Assembly (NCBI GenBank): GCA_903825035.1 | Contig: CAIJYV010000030.1 | Location: forward strand, 8,599 to 72,598 | Direction: 5' to 3' | DNA: 64,000 nt | Source of the DNA: an uncultured Actinomycetes bacterium | GTDB taxonomy: Bacteria; Actinomycetota; Acidimicrobiia; Acidimicrobiales; RAAP-2 | Part shown: piece by piece, positions 1 through 9,443 of the stretch | Layout of the letters: each line of letters starts with the position of its first letter | How positions within the stretch are numbered: position 1 is the first letter of the stretch | The notes under the pieces: model-generated | What the model was told of the DNA's origin: nothing | Databases searched by the model: none | Seen by the model: only the letters and a program-made list of their open reading frames with translations | Translations under genes and position numbers: made by a program

Positions 1-147
1 GTCGCCAGCGGTCACCCGCTTGGCGAGCTCAACCTGCTCGTCGTAATTTGGCATGGGGTAGCGGTCGAGGTCTCGCATCAATAGGCCGAGCATGTCATTG
101 GTATTCACAGCAGTACGGCGGGCCGTAGTGTCCTTAGCGGTAGTCAT
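1..147 (-). CDS. RNA polymerase sigma-70 family factor, first 49 codons only (gene runs off the window edge)
   Basis: My own minus-strand translation from the ATG at 147-145 gives MTTAKDTTARRTAVNTNDMLGLLMRDLDRYPMPNYDEQVELAKRVTAGD. The L..L..YL....pll..eEqveLAkr..aGd pattern resembles sigma region 1.2/2.1. A GGAGGA SD (revcomp of 151-156) lies just upstream. The ORF is open to the edge and is not in the ORF track. Confidence 0.45.
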   Translation of the reverse strand, partial: MTTAKDTTARRTAVNTNDMLGLLMRDLDRYPMPNYDEQVELAKRVTAGD

Positions 148-267
148 GCTTCCTCCATCTTCGAAATGGCGATTATTCACCATTTCTCCTATTTCGATGT
201 GATTATTTTACCACTCGGTTAGCTTCCAATTATGAGGAAAACATAAATGTTTAACAACTTATTGCGA

Positions 268-693
268 CTATTTCGCAGATCCTTGAGCGACTGAGACCAT
301 GTCGGCGAGGGTAAAGCCAGACAGGTGATCGCGCATATGGTCGCCGACTTCGGCCCAAACACCCAGCAATACACACTGGCCCTCATGGTTGCACGCCCCG
401 TCTTTGTGGGGCTCGCCGAAAATACCAGCGACAATTGGACCGTCGACGGCGGTGACAATCTCGGCCAAAGTAATTTCGCTCGGAGCCTTCGCCAAGAGGT
501 AGCCGCCCCCGACTCCACGCTTCGAAGTCACCAAGCCCTCGGCCTTTAGGGTTAGCAAAATTTGTTCCAAATAGGGCTGTGGTAGCCCAGTTCGTTCGGC
601 AAGTTCCTTGACCGGCGTTGGCGCATTGGAGTCTCGCAGGGCCAAACTCAGCAATGCTCGGCTGGCGTAGTCGCCACGGGTAGAAACGCGCAC
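268..693 (-). CDS. Rrf2 (IscR/NsrR) family transcriptional regulator
   Basis: 141-aa ORF. The N-terminus MRVSTRGDYASRALLSLAL... is the Rrf2 winged-helix signature. The cluster-ligand region holds only a C-x5-C pair (GACNHEGQC). GTG start lies 6 nt after TAAACT. Confidence 0.85.
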   Translation of the reverse strand: MRVSTRGDYASRALLSLALRDSNAPTPVKELAERTGLPQPYLEQILLTLKAEGLVTSKRGVGGGYLLAKAPSEITLAEIVTAVDGPIVAGIFGEPHKDGACNHEGQCVLLGVWAEVGDHMRDHLSGFTLADMVSVAQGSAK

Positions 694-768
694 CCTCGTA
701 GTTTAGAGTCATCTCAAACCACTTGCTCGAGCGATTCAGAGGAGTGAAATTCGTGGCATTCTGTAGGG

Positions 769-1257
769 ATGGATGAGAAGAGCACCCCGCTAAACCCCGA
801 CGAAGTGTTAGCCCCAAGCACCGAGGGCCCCGAGTCAGAATCTAAGCGCGGCGAAGACGACTCCGACTTCATCTCCCAGCCCGCCAAAGTTATGCGAATT
901 GGTTCGATGGTGAAAACACTCCTTGATGAAGCTCGGACTGCACAGCTCGATGAAGCAGGGCGAAAGAGGCTCAAGGAGATTTACTCTCTCTCGATTGAGG
1001 AACTCTCGGGCGCACTTTCGCCGGAGCTCGTGAAGGAACTCTTGCGCATGGCATTGCCCTTCAGTGATGACATTCCGACTGAATCGGAATTGCGTATCGC
1101 CCAAGCCCAACTGGTTGGTTGGCTCGAGGGCCTGTTCCACGGAATTCAGGCCTCACTCTTCGCTCAGCAAGCGGCAGCGCAGGCACAATTAGAACAGATG
1201 CGTGAGCGGTCCCTAAATCCTGGCTCGGGTACGACCCAGCCAGGAAATTACCTATAA
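769..1257 (+). CDS. bpa: Bacterial proteasome activator (Bpa/PafE, DUF2587 family)
   Basis: 162 aa. The core PAKVMRIGSMVKTLLDEAR...ELRIAQAQLVGWLEGLFHGIQASLFAQQ matches my recollection of the Rv3780 family. The C-terminus ends ...PGNYL, a penultimate-Tyr tail like the GQYL motif. Confidence 0.8.
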   Translation: MDEKSTPLNPDEVLAPSTEGPESESKRGEDDSDFISQPAKVMRIGSMVKTLLDEARTAQLDEAGRKRLKEIYSLSIEELSGALSPELVKELLRMALPFSDDIPTESELRIAQAQLVGWLEGLFHGIQASLFAQQAAAQAQLEQMRERSLNPGSGTTQPGNYL

Positions 1258-1325
1258 AGATCACCGGTGTCACTCCTTGGCACTAGCCTCAACTCGATGA
1301 TTTACGGCGGGCGGAACGAACAGTA

Positions 1326-4300
1326 ATGGCAGAAGAATTCGTACACCTCCATAATCACACCGAGTACTCAATGCTTGACGGAGCCGCTCGAATTGAAGAG
1401 ATGATTGCTGCCGCGAAGGCAGACGGCCAGCGAGCTATCGCCATAACCGACCACGGGAACCTGTACGGAGCGATTGATTTCTATACCGCTGCGAAGAAGG
1501 CGGAAATCAATCCCATCTTGGGATTTGAGGCCTACATGGTTGATGACCGATTCTCGAGACCTCCGCGTCGCGGCAAAATTGATGACACCGGTGGTGAGGT
1601 TGAAGGGGGCAAGAAGGCCTACAACCATCTCACCTTGCTCTGCGAGTCGGACAAGGGATATCGCAATTTGCGCGAACTCTCGTCGATGGCCTTTCTCGAA
1701 GGCTATTACGCGGTCCCTCGATTGGATTGGGAACTGCTCGAACGATTTTCTGAGGGGCTCATAGCCACCTCGGGATGTCTGGGTGGCACGGTCTTGCAGT
1801 CACTCTTGCGAGGTGAGTACGAAACGGCGCGAGCTGACGCCGCGAGACTGCAGAGTATCTTCGGTCGAGACAATTTCTTTATCGAGATGCAAGACCACGA
1901 CATGCCCGAACAGCGTCGCACTAACCCGGATCTGCTGAAGATTGCCAAAGAAATCAATGCCCCATTATTGGCTACCAACGACTTGCACTACGTAAAACAC
2001 TCCGACTTCGAAATGCACGACGCCTTGCTGTGCATTGGAACCGGGGCACGAGTTTCCGACGCTGATCGATTCCGCTTTGCGAGCGACCAACACTATTTAA
2101 AGAGCGCGGCAGAGATGCGCTATCTCTTTCGCGATATTCCTGATGCGTGTGATAACACCCTGTTGATTGCCGAACGCGCCAATGTCACGATCGAATTCGA
2201 TCAAGATGCGCTGCCCGAATATGTGCTCCCACCAGAATTGGCTTCATTGCCCCACAAAGAGGGCGCCGCGAAGTATTTGAGTGAGCTGTGCTACCGCGGG
2301 GCGCACGAGCGTTTCGGCGAGACGCTAACTGCTGAACAGAATGAACGCTTGGAATACGAGCTGCGCGTCATCAACGAGATGGGTTTTGCAGACTACTTCC
2401 TCGTAGTTTGGGACATAATCAAATATGCCCGTGACCGAGGCATTCGAGTTGGTCCCGGACGTGGCTCGGCCGCCGGATGCTTCATTGCCTACTGTCTAAG
2501 AATTGTGGACCTCGACCCGATTCAATACGGGTTGCTTTTTGAGCGGTTCTTGAACCCGGGACGTAAGTCAATGCCGGATATTGATATGGACTTTGACGAA
2601 CGCTATCGGGGCGAAATGATTCGCTACGCCGGTGAGCGATACGGAATCGATCACGTGGCACAAATCGTCACTTTCTCAACCATTAAGGCGCGTGCGGCGG
2701 TTCGAGATGCCGCTCGCGTGCTGGGATACGGTCCAAAGATTGGTGACAGCATCGCCAAGGCCATGCCCCCGCTAGTGCTCGGTCAGGACCTTCCTTTGAA
2801 GGCATGCTTCGAAGTCACTGAAGGATACGAAAAGCGTTTTTCTGAAGCCGCTGAACTTCGTCAGATGTACGACCGAGACGCTGAAGTTAAGCACGTGATT
2901 GATACCGCGATGGGCTTTGTCGACAAACGTCGCCAAGCTGGAATCCACGCTGCGGCCGTTGTGATTACCAAAGAACCAGTCATGGAATACGTGCCGATTT
3001 CGCGCAAGGGGTCAACTTCCGCCGGTGACGATGCGCCAGTAGTCACTCAGTATGAAATGAACTGGATTGAAAAACTCGGTCTCTTGAAGATGGACTTTCT
3101 GGGACTTCGGAACCTTGCGATCATCGAACGCGCACTTGACCACATTGAACGTCGCCACGGTATCAAGGTTGACATCGACAATGTTCCCTTGGATGACCCG
3201 AAGGTGTTCTCCCTACTCCAGCAGGGAAATTCCATGGGAATATTCCAACTCGAGGGCGACAAGATGCGCCAGCTGATGCGACGCTTAGCCCCAACCCAAT
3301 TTGAGGACATTGGCGCGTTGGTGGCCCTCTATCGTCCGGGACCATTATCAGAAAATGTCCACAACGACTACGCCGATCGAAAGAATCATCGCAAAGAGGT
3401 GACCTATGAGCACCCCGACCTGGAAGAAATCCTTGGTGAAACTAACGGCCTGATGATCTACCAAGAGGACGTCATGCGCGTGGCCCAGAAGGTCGCGGGT
3501 TTCACGATGAGTGAAGCAGACGATTTGCGTAAGGCCTGTTCTAAAAAGATCCGAGACCTCATTCAAGCCCAGCGCATCAAATTTGTCGACGGCACTGAAC
3601 GCTTAGGTTATGGTCGAGAATTCGGCGAGCACCTGTTCGACAAAATTGAGCCATTCGCAGACTACGCCTTCAATAAATCTCACGCGTACGGATATGCGCT
3701 CATTGCCTACCAAAATGCCTGGCTGAAGGCTAATTACCCCGTTGAGTACATGGCGGCCTTGCTGACTTCGTTCGCTGATGACAAGGACAAAGCGTCGGCT
3801 TACCTAAACGAGGCCCGTCAAATGGGCATCCGCGTAAGCGTGCCCAGCGTTAATGATTCCCTGGCGGAATACTCACCTTCGATGGTCGAAGAAAACGCAA
3901 TTTTCTTTGGCATGGCCGCCATTCGTAATGTTGGTGAGCAGGTCGTAGAGATGATCGTGTCTGAACGCGAATCCAACGGGAAGTTCGCCTCAATCTACGA
4001 TTTTGTTAGACGAGTAGATCCACGTGCGCTTAATCGCCGCACCATGGAATCACTGATTAAAGCAGGGGCCTTCGACTGTCTAGACGTGTCTCGCCAGGGT
4101 CTGCTCTTGAAGCAAGAAGAACTTGTCAATGTGACTCTGCTTCGCCGCAAGGACCACTCTCTCGGTATCACAACCTTGTTTGCCTCATTCGACGATGACG
4201 CTGGGCAAGACTGGTCGGGAACTGACGTGCCAATCAGCGTGACTGAGTTCGCCAAGGCTCAAAAGCTCGATTTCGAACGAGAGATGCTGGGGACCTATAT

Positions 4301-4880
4301 TTCGGATCACCCGCTACGAGGTTCGGGCGCCGAATTGGCCAAGTCGGTGGACGCAACTTTGGCGCAAATCAGAGAGCAAACAGCTCAGTTTGGCTCCTCG
4401 CACCGTGTTATTACCCTCGGGGGAATAATTACCGGAGTGACGGTTAAAACTACGAAGGATGGTCGCCAATTTGCAAACTTGCAGGTGGAAGACCTGACCG
4501 GTCACGCTGAAGTTTTAGTTAGCGCGAAATCTTTTTCCGAATATCAAGGGGTATTGATAAAAGATACCGCCGTCATATTTAAGGCCAGAATTTCAGAACT
4601 CGAAGAGGATCTTCGAATTTCCGGTCTTGAATTTAGGCAAATTCAACTTTCCGACGAGGTTGGCGTCCTTCGTCTCCAGTTGCGAAGCGAAGACATGACC
4701 CAAGAAAACGTAACAATTCTTAAGTCAATCCTCCATTTGTACCCGGGCCCCTCTTCGGTGGAGCTTGTTACTGGCCCGAGCGGGAAGACCTTCCAGCTTG
4801 GCCCAGAGTGCAATGTCTCGATTGAGGCGGCCGTTGGGGATATCCGCTCGCAATTTGGCCGAGACGTCATAATTAACTAG
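1326..4880 (+). CDS. dnaE: DNA polymerase III alpha subunit
   Basis: 1184 aa. N-terminal PHP domain (FVHLHNHTEYSMLDGA), polymerase core (GPGRGSAAG, PDIDMDF), and an OB-fold C-terminus. Confidence 0.97.
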   Translation: MAEEFVHLHNHTEYSMLDGAARIEEMIAAAKADGQRAIAITDHGNLYGAIDFYTAAKKAEINPILGFEAYMVDDRFSRPPRRGKIDDTGGEVEGGKKAYNHLTLLCESDKGYRNLRELSSMAFLEGYYAVPRLDWELLERFSEGLIATSGCLGGTVLQSLLRGEYETARADAARLQSIFGRDNFFIEMQDHDMPEQRRTNPDLLKIAKEINAPLLATNDLHYVKHSDFEMHDALLCIGTGARVSDADRFRFASDQHYLKSAAEMRYLFRDIPDACDNTLLIAERANVTIEFDQDALPEYVLPPELASLPHKEGAAKYLSELCYRGAHERFGETLTAEQNERLEYELRVINEMGFADYFLVVWDIIKYARDRGIRVGPGRGSAAGCFIAYCLRIVDLDPIQYGLLFERFLNPGRKSMPDIDMDFDERYRGEMIRYAGERYGIDHVAQIVTFSTIKARAAVRDAARVLGYGPKIGDSIAKAMPPLVLGQDLPLKACFEVTEGYEKRFSEAAELRQMYDRDAEVKHVIDTAMGFVDKRRQAGIHAAAVVITKEPVMEYVPISRKGSTSAGDDAPVVTQYEMNWIEKLGLLKMDFLGLRNLAIIERALDHIERRHGIKVDIDNVPLDDPKVFSLLQQGNSMGIFQLEGDKMRQLMRRLAPTQFEDIGALVALYRPGPLSENVHNDYADRKNHRKEVTYEHPDLEEILGETNGLMIYQEDVMRVAQKVAGFTMSEADDLRKACSKKIRDLIQAQRIKFVDGTERLGYGREFGEHLFDKIEPFADYAFNKSHAYGYALIAYQNAWLKANYPVEYMAALLTSFADDKDKASAYLNEARQMGIRVSVPSVNDSLAEYSPSMVEENAIFFGMAAIRNVGEQVVEMIVSERESNGKFASIYDFVRRVDPRALNRRTMESLIKAGAFDCLDVSRQGLLLKQEELVNVTLLRRKDHSLGITTLFASFDDDAGQDWSGTDVPISVTEFAKAQKLDFEREMLGTYISDHPLRGSGAELAKSVDATLAQIREQTAQFGSSHRVITLGGIITGVTVKTTKDGRQFANLQVEDLTGHAEVLVSAKSFSEYQGVLIKDTAVIFKARISELEEDLRISGLEFRQIQLSDEVGVLRLQLRSEDMTQENVTILKSILHLYPGPSSVELVTGPSGKTFQLGPECNVSIEAAVGDIRSQFGRDVIIN

Positions 4881-4921
4881 TCTCGATTTGGCCCGTGTCG
4901 CCAAGTCGTAGAATAGAACCT

Positions 4922-5593
4922 ATGGCAATTGACGTCACCACGAAAGACACCACCGCATTGAGCGACGCCGAGCTAGCCGAAATGGCAGATCTGTGCGTAG
5001 ACCGTGACCCTAAGTTTGACATTGGGTTTCTGTCCAAAGAGCGCGAAGAGTGGGTCCTGGTGACACAGGCCCGTGAGGGCAACAAACTTCGTGGCTACGC
5101 TTACTGCACCCTCGAGCGAATTGGCGGCACACCCGCCATGCTCATTGGCGTGATGCTGGTTGATCGCAACACCAAGGCTGACGCGACGTTGAAGGCCATC
5201 CTCGCCGACCAATACCGTCGCGCACTCTTGGCCTTTCCTGATGAGGATGTACTCCTCGGATCACGGCTTGCTACCGCGGATGGCTTCCGAGCGTTCCTAG
5301 GTCTTGAAGATGTAGTCCCTCGTGTTGGTTACAAGCCAACCGGCGAGGATCGCGCGTGGGGCCGACGCCTGGCGAAGCGCTTTGGATCAGAAAAAACCAT
5401 TGATGACAAAACATTCATCATGACCGCAGAGTCAACACCTGTCGGAGGTCTTGACTACGTTGCGGCCAAGTCGGCAGTGCCTGAGGGCGCCACAACCCTG
5501 TTCAAGGGTGTCAAGCCCGCCAAGGGAGACCGGCTGGTGGTCTTCGGTTGGGCGATGGCCGAGTCGCTCTCATCGGGCAAACTACCCAAGTAA
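4922..5593 (+). CDS. Hypothetical protein (possibly a GNAT-like fold; speculative)
   Basis: ORF 4895..5593 in the track. I prefer the ATG at 4922 because TAGAAT (4909-4914) ends 7 nt before it, a leaderless-type context. No diagnostic motif recognised. Confidence 0.5.
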   Translation: MAIDVTTKDTTALSDAELAEMADLCVDRDPKFDIGFLSKEREEWVLVTQAREGNKLRGYAYCTLERIGGTPAMLIGVMLVDRNTKADATLKAILADQYRRALLAFPDEDVLLGSRLATADGFRAFLGLEDVVPRVGYKPTGEDRAWGRRLAKRFGSEKTIDDKTFIMTAESTPVGGLDYVAAKSAVPEGATTLFKGVKPAKGDRLVVFGWAMAESLSSGKLPK

Positions 5594-6313
5594 TTAGTTT
5601 CGGGGCAAGATCCCGAGGCACACTTTGTAGCAGTGACCTTCAACGGGATCGCTGAGTGCTGCGAGCACGTATTGAGCTTTGAAACCGAGCGATGCGGCCA
5701 AGTCCTTGCCCGACAGCGAGGCCACCCGAGTGGTCTCCATCATGCGTATTAGCGCCGGGTCGTCACAGAATAGCCAAATGTCTTCCCCGGCCCATCCAAA
5801 ACGCACCCAAGTGGTGCCATCGTCATCACGACGCAGAACCTGTGGTCCGCGCTCAGGGGTGATCAAAGCAATACTGGGGCGCTCGCCACGAAACTCCCAG
5901 TAGGGCGATGAGGGACCGCGAAAGCCAAAGAGCTGCCCTTCGCTGGGAGCCTTAAGTGCCTCTAACCACTTGCGCAATCTCTTGGTGCGGTAGGTGCCGA
6001 GACGCACCGGAAGGTCCGCCAAGTTAATTGCCTCGGGCTGGGCTAAATCGTCTCGTTCAATCGAGAAAGCGAGCTCACCTCGGACAAGGTCAAAGAGTCG
6101 CAGGTCTGACTCTACGCCCGTGGGCCATGGCACACGCCACCGCACGATTGATTTCGAGGCGACATCTAAGACTGTGGTGATGGAGTTGCTGCTCCCCAAG
6201 ACGATGGCCAACATCGACGAGCCAGGTTCGATGTCAACAAATTCAGTTTGCAGGGATTTGTGAACGAGGCGCCGGTTTATCTTTTCAGGCTTTTTTGATT
6301 GGAAAAGCTTCAT
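5594..6313 (-). CDS. Hypothetical protein, translationally coupled to the upstream DUF255 gene
   Basis: 239-aa ORF. Its ATG overlaps the stop of the 6310..8283 gene (ATGA). No family recognised. Confidence 0.55.
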   Translation of the reverse strand: MKLFQSKKPEKINRRLVHKSLQTEFVDIEPGSSMLAIVLGSSNSITTVLDVASKSIVRWRVPWPTGVESDLRLFDLVRGELAFSIERDDLAQPEAINLADLPVRLGTYRTKRLRKWLEALKAPSEGQLFGFRGPSSPYWEFRGERPSIALITPERGPQVLRRDDDGTTWVRFGWAGEDIWLFCDDPALIRMMETTRVASLSGKDLAASLGFKAQYVLAALSDPVEGHCYKVCLGILPRN

Positions 6314-8283
6314 GAGTATAAGTTCTCGGCAATCTGAGAATCTAGGTCAGCCCAGTTGTCTACCGGCAGTTGACAAACACCACTCTGACAGACGTAAGCG
6401 AGATTTGGCGCACGACCCGAGAGGAGAGGGCTAGAACCCGCACCCGTCACAAGAACACTTCTAATCATCGGAGTCAATCGTAGATGAGCGGAAAGCGAAT
6501 TTTCGTCGCCTGGAACCACGATTTCCAATCCCTCGAAGGCGTACCCAGCAGCGTTCACCAAATCAACGACTTCGAGCGGATAGTCGCGAACCACCGTACC
6601 GGCCAAGTGGACCATCGATTGCGCTTCGCTAATCAGTTCAGCGTCGCCAAGCACGAGACCAAGTTTTGCCAGAGCGCGAGTCCAGACCGAGTGGGCAGCG
6701 GGCGCCGCTCCGTCGAAGAGATCTTTGGTTCGTGTGGGTAAATCGTTGACTAAATCGTCTTGTGAAAAATACCCGCGTAGCTCTCCAGCCTCGTTTCGAT
6801 CTTGATAATGGAGATGTACGTAATCCGCAATGTTCTTTGATTTCTCTAACCAGTCGTCCTCACCAGAGAGTTCGAATGCGCTTACACATGCCTCTAGGAG
6901 CCAAGCGAGATCGGCCAAGGTGGCGTGAGCCGCTCGGGCTTCAGTTCTCCACCAACCAGTGCTGAAATGGGTGTCAAAGAGCCCATTCAGCAGTGCCAAG
7001 CCCTCGTGCTGGTGCCGTACTTCGGTGCTTGTCAAGAGGGCAATCGCCAACATGGCGTTCCATTCCAGAATGACCTTGTCGTCTCGACTGGGCTGGGGCC
7101 TGCTGAGTCGTGAGGCTCGCAGGGCCTCCGCGACGTTCGCTAATTCACTCGGGGTATCAAAAAGGGCTGTGTCATTGAGGCGCGGGACACTGCGGCCTTC
7201 GAGATTGCCAGCTTCGCTAATGTGCCAGCGATGGCAAGAAGCATCTAGGAGATGTAAGTCACCAGTTGCCGCCAACACTTCAGCGACCTCTGACTTCGTC
7301 CAAGTTATATGAGAGCCTTCAATTCCCGCGGCGTCGGCATCAAGAGACGATGCAAAACCGGTCGGCACTCGCATTGCTCGAAGGACAAAATCAAGAGTCG
7401 AAATAGCAACTGATTTGAATTCCTCAACATGGAAACGCTTACTCGCTTTGAAGTACAACGCTGCGAGTTGCGCTTGGTCGCAGAGCATTTTCTCAAAGTG
7501 CGGCACCGCCCAAAATTCGTCGACGCTGTATCGAGCAAAGCCGCCGTCGAGGTGGTCGTAGAGGCCCCCGTGGCTCATTGCTCGCAATGCCGCTTGGGTT
7601 AACTCGATACTTCGGGGGTCTTCGTTTTCCAGTAGCGCATTCACAAAACTAGTTCGAGGAAACTTTGGGGCGACCGAGAAGCCGCCACGATGAAAGCGCT
7701 CCGTCAATTGCTCGGTGAGCGTGGCCCTAACGGCAATGAGGTCGATGGACTCGGTCGTGGGCGTGAGGCGGTCGATGAAAGAAAGCTCTTGACGAATTGC
7801 CTTGGCCAATTCTTCTGCCTGCTCTTCGATTCGAGTACGTTCACTGACCCAGGCCTCCCCGAGAGCGGTGACGACTTTGGTGAAACCTGGTTGTCCACCG
7901 CGATCAACCGGAGGGAAATATGTTCCAGCAAGAAACGGTTTCATTTCGGGAGTCATGAAGACTGACATCGGCCAGCCACCGTGTCCGGTCATGAGCTGAG
8001 TGGCGGCCATGTAGATGGAGTCAACGTCGGGACGCTCTTCGCGATCGACCTTGATTGGAATGAAATACTTATTTATCAAGTGGGCAATAGCTGAGTTCTC
8101 AAAGGACTCGTGGGCCATGACATGGCACCAGTGGCAAGCGGCGTATCCCACAGAAAGAAAGATTGGTTTGTCTAATGCCCGAGCAGTGGCGAAGGCCTCT
8201 TCGGACCACTCCCACCAGTCGACAGGATTATCCGCGTGTTGGGCCAGATAGGCACTGGATGAATACTGAAGGCGATTAGGCAC
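6310..8283 (-). CDS. Thioredoxin-domain protein, DUF255/YyaL (SSP411-like) family
   Basis: 657 aa. N-terminus NPVDWWEWSEEAFATARALDKPIFLSVGYAACHWCHVMAHESF is the DUF255 thioredoxin-like signature. A long alpha-toroid-like C-terminal part follows. Confidence 0.9.
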   Translation of the reverse strand: MPNRLQYSSSAYLAQHADNPVDWWEWSEEAFATARALDKPIFLSVGYAACHWCHVMAHESFENSAIAHLINKYFIPIKVDREERPDVDSIYMAATQLMTGHGGWPMSVFMTPEMKPFLAGTYFPPVDRGGQPGFTKVVTALGEAWVSERTRIEEQAEELAKAIRQELSFIDRLTPTTESIDLIAVRATLTEQLTERFHRGGFSVAPKFPRTSFVNALLENEDPRSIELTQAALRAMSHGGLYDHLDGGFARYSVDEFWAVPHFEKMLCDQAQLAALYFKASKRFHVEEFKSVAISTLDFVLRAMRVPTGFASSLDADAAGIEGSHITWTKSEVAEVLAATGDLHLLDASCHRWHISEAGNLEGRSVPRLNDTALFDTPSELANVAEALRASRLSRPQPSRDDKVILEWNAMLAIALLTSTEVRHQHEGLALLNGLFDTHFSTGWWRTEARAAHATLADLAWLLEACVSAFELSGEDDWLEKSKNIADYVHLHYQDRNEAGELRGYFSQDDLVNDLPTRTKDLFDGAAPAAHSVWTRALAKLGLVLGDAELISEAQSMVHLAGTVVRDYPLEVVDLVNAAGYAFEGLEIVVPGDENSLSAHLRLTPMIRSVLVTGAGSSPLLSGRAPNLAYVCQSGVCQLPVDNWADLDSQIAENLYS

Positions 8284-8384
8284 GCTGTGAGCGTAGCCAT
8301 TAATTCGATGACTTGGGCCAACTCTCTGCGGGCGTGGATTATTAAGTTCTGCTGAGCGTTAAGGCTGGATGAGAAGATGAATGG

Positions 8385-8930
8385 GTGGAAATTTCGTACC
8401 CTCTTCAAACCGAGCGACTTTTGCTGCGCCCACTTCGCGAGGATGATTTCGAGAGCCACCGCCAGCTCTTTACTAATCCGGTTGTCGTGCGCTATTTGTA
8501 CGAAGGACAGATGGACCATGAGGCATTGCGTGAACATTTCGAGAAGCGCCTGACCCTAGGTTTGCCAGCCCCAGGGGAGTGGCGAAATCTTGCCGTCGAG
8601 AAAGATGGTCAGTTCATTGGCGAGGTTGGGATAGGACTCGATTCCGACATTCATCGCAACGTGGAAGTTGGCTATGTATTCGAGCCACGCTGCTCGGGCC
8701 AAGGGTTCGCGACCGAAGCGGTCGAAAGACTACTGCCATTGGGGTTCAACGAGCTGGGCGCACATCGAATTGTTGCTCGACTCGATGCGCGTAATACAGC
8801 GTCGGCCCGACTGGCCCAAAAGCTCGGTATGCGCCTCGAAGCACACTTTCGAGAAAACGAATTTGTAAAAGAGGAATGGACCGACGAGCAGGTCTACGCC
8901 ATTTTGAAATCAGAGTGGCTAGCGCGCTAA
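8385..8930 (+). CDS. GNAT family N-acetyltransferase (RimJ/RimL-like)
   Basis: 181 aa. Has the ETERLLLRPLREDD N-terminal motif and the QGFATEAV acetyl-CoA region typical of RimJ/RimL-type GNATs. GTG start. Confidence 0.85.
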   Translation: MEISYPLQTERLLLRPLREDDFESHRQLFTNPVVVRYLYEGQMDHEALREHFEKRLTLGLPAPGEWRNLAVEKDGQFIGEVGIGLDSDIHRNVEVGYVFEPRCSGQGFATEAVERLLPLGFNELGAHRIVARLDARNTASARLAQKLGMRLEAHFRENEFVKEEWTDEQVYAILKSEWLAR

Positions 8931-9392
8931 CTACTCTTCGGCGCTGGCTTTGATGGCCCGTAAGGTCTCGCCGATGCCGTCGATGGCCTCTTGGGTTCGC
9001 CGCTCAATGTGCCATTGGGCCTCATCGCCGTAGGTGTCACGGAAGTACTGCAAACCTGGTTCGAGGAACTCCCAATATTCAGTGAGTTCGGTGCCAGAGT
9101 CCCGAGGCTCAAATCGGTATCCCCAACGAATGAGGTTTCCGTCAACGAGAAAGGAGAATTCTTTGCCGGGGTCGGCGATGTCAACAAGACACTCTGTCTC
9201 CCACGTGTCGTAATCAGTTTCGTTACGTCCAACGAACCAAGCGCCGACCCGGGGGCCGTCACCCTCTTTCCACCAACTGGCTTTGCAAATGGGGCTCCAC
9301 TTACCCATGTTTGACAAGTCCGTCACTAAGCCGTAGAGCTCGTCGGGGGTTGCGTTCACCAAGATTGATTCGCTGTGCGTGATAGTTGTCAT
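8931..9392 (-). CDS. SRPBCC (polyketide cyclase/dehydrase-like) family protein
   Basis: 153 aa. ...SILVNATPDELYGLVTDLSNMGKWSP... is typical of SRPBCC/START-like proteins. Confidence 0.8.
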   Translation of the reverse strand: MTTITHSESILVNATPDELYGLVTDLSNMGKWSPICKASWWKEGDGPRVGAWFVGRNETDYDTWETECLVDIADPGKEFSFLVDGNLIRWGYRFEPRDSGTELTEYWEFLEPGLQYFRDTYGDEAQWHIERRTQEAIDGIGETLRAIKASAEE

Positions 9393-9443
9393 ATGCCAAG
9401 TATGCCCGATTATTTAGCCCGTGCCGGACAACAATTCCTTCGG

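Noticed and set aside
219-817. Track ORFs 219..518(-), 325..549(+) and 383..817(-), which overlap the Rrf2 gene.
   Set aside because: Only the 268..693 frame gives the Rrf2 winged-helix signature. The others are overlapping alternative frames.
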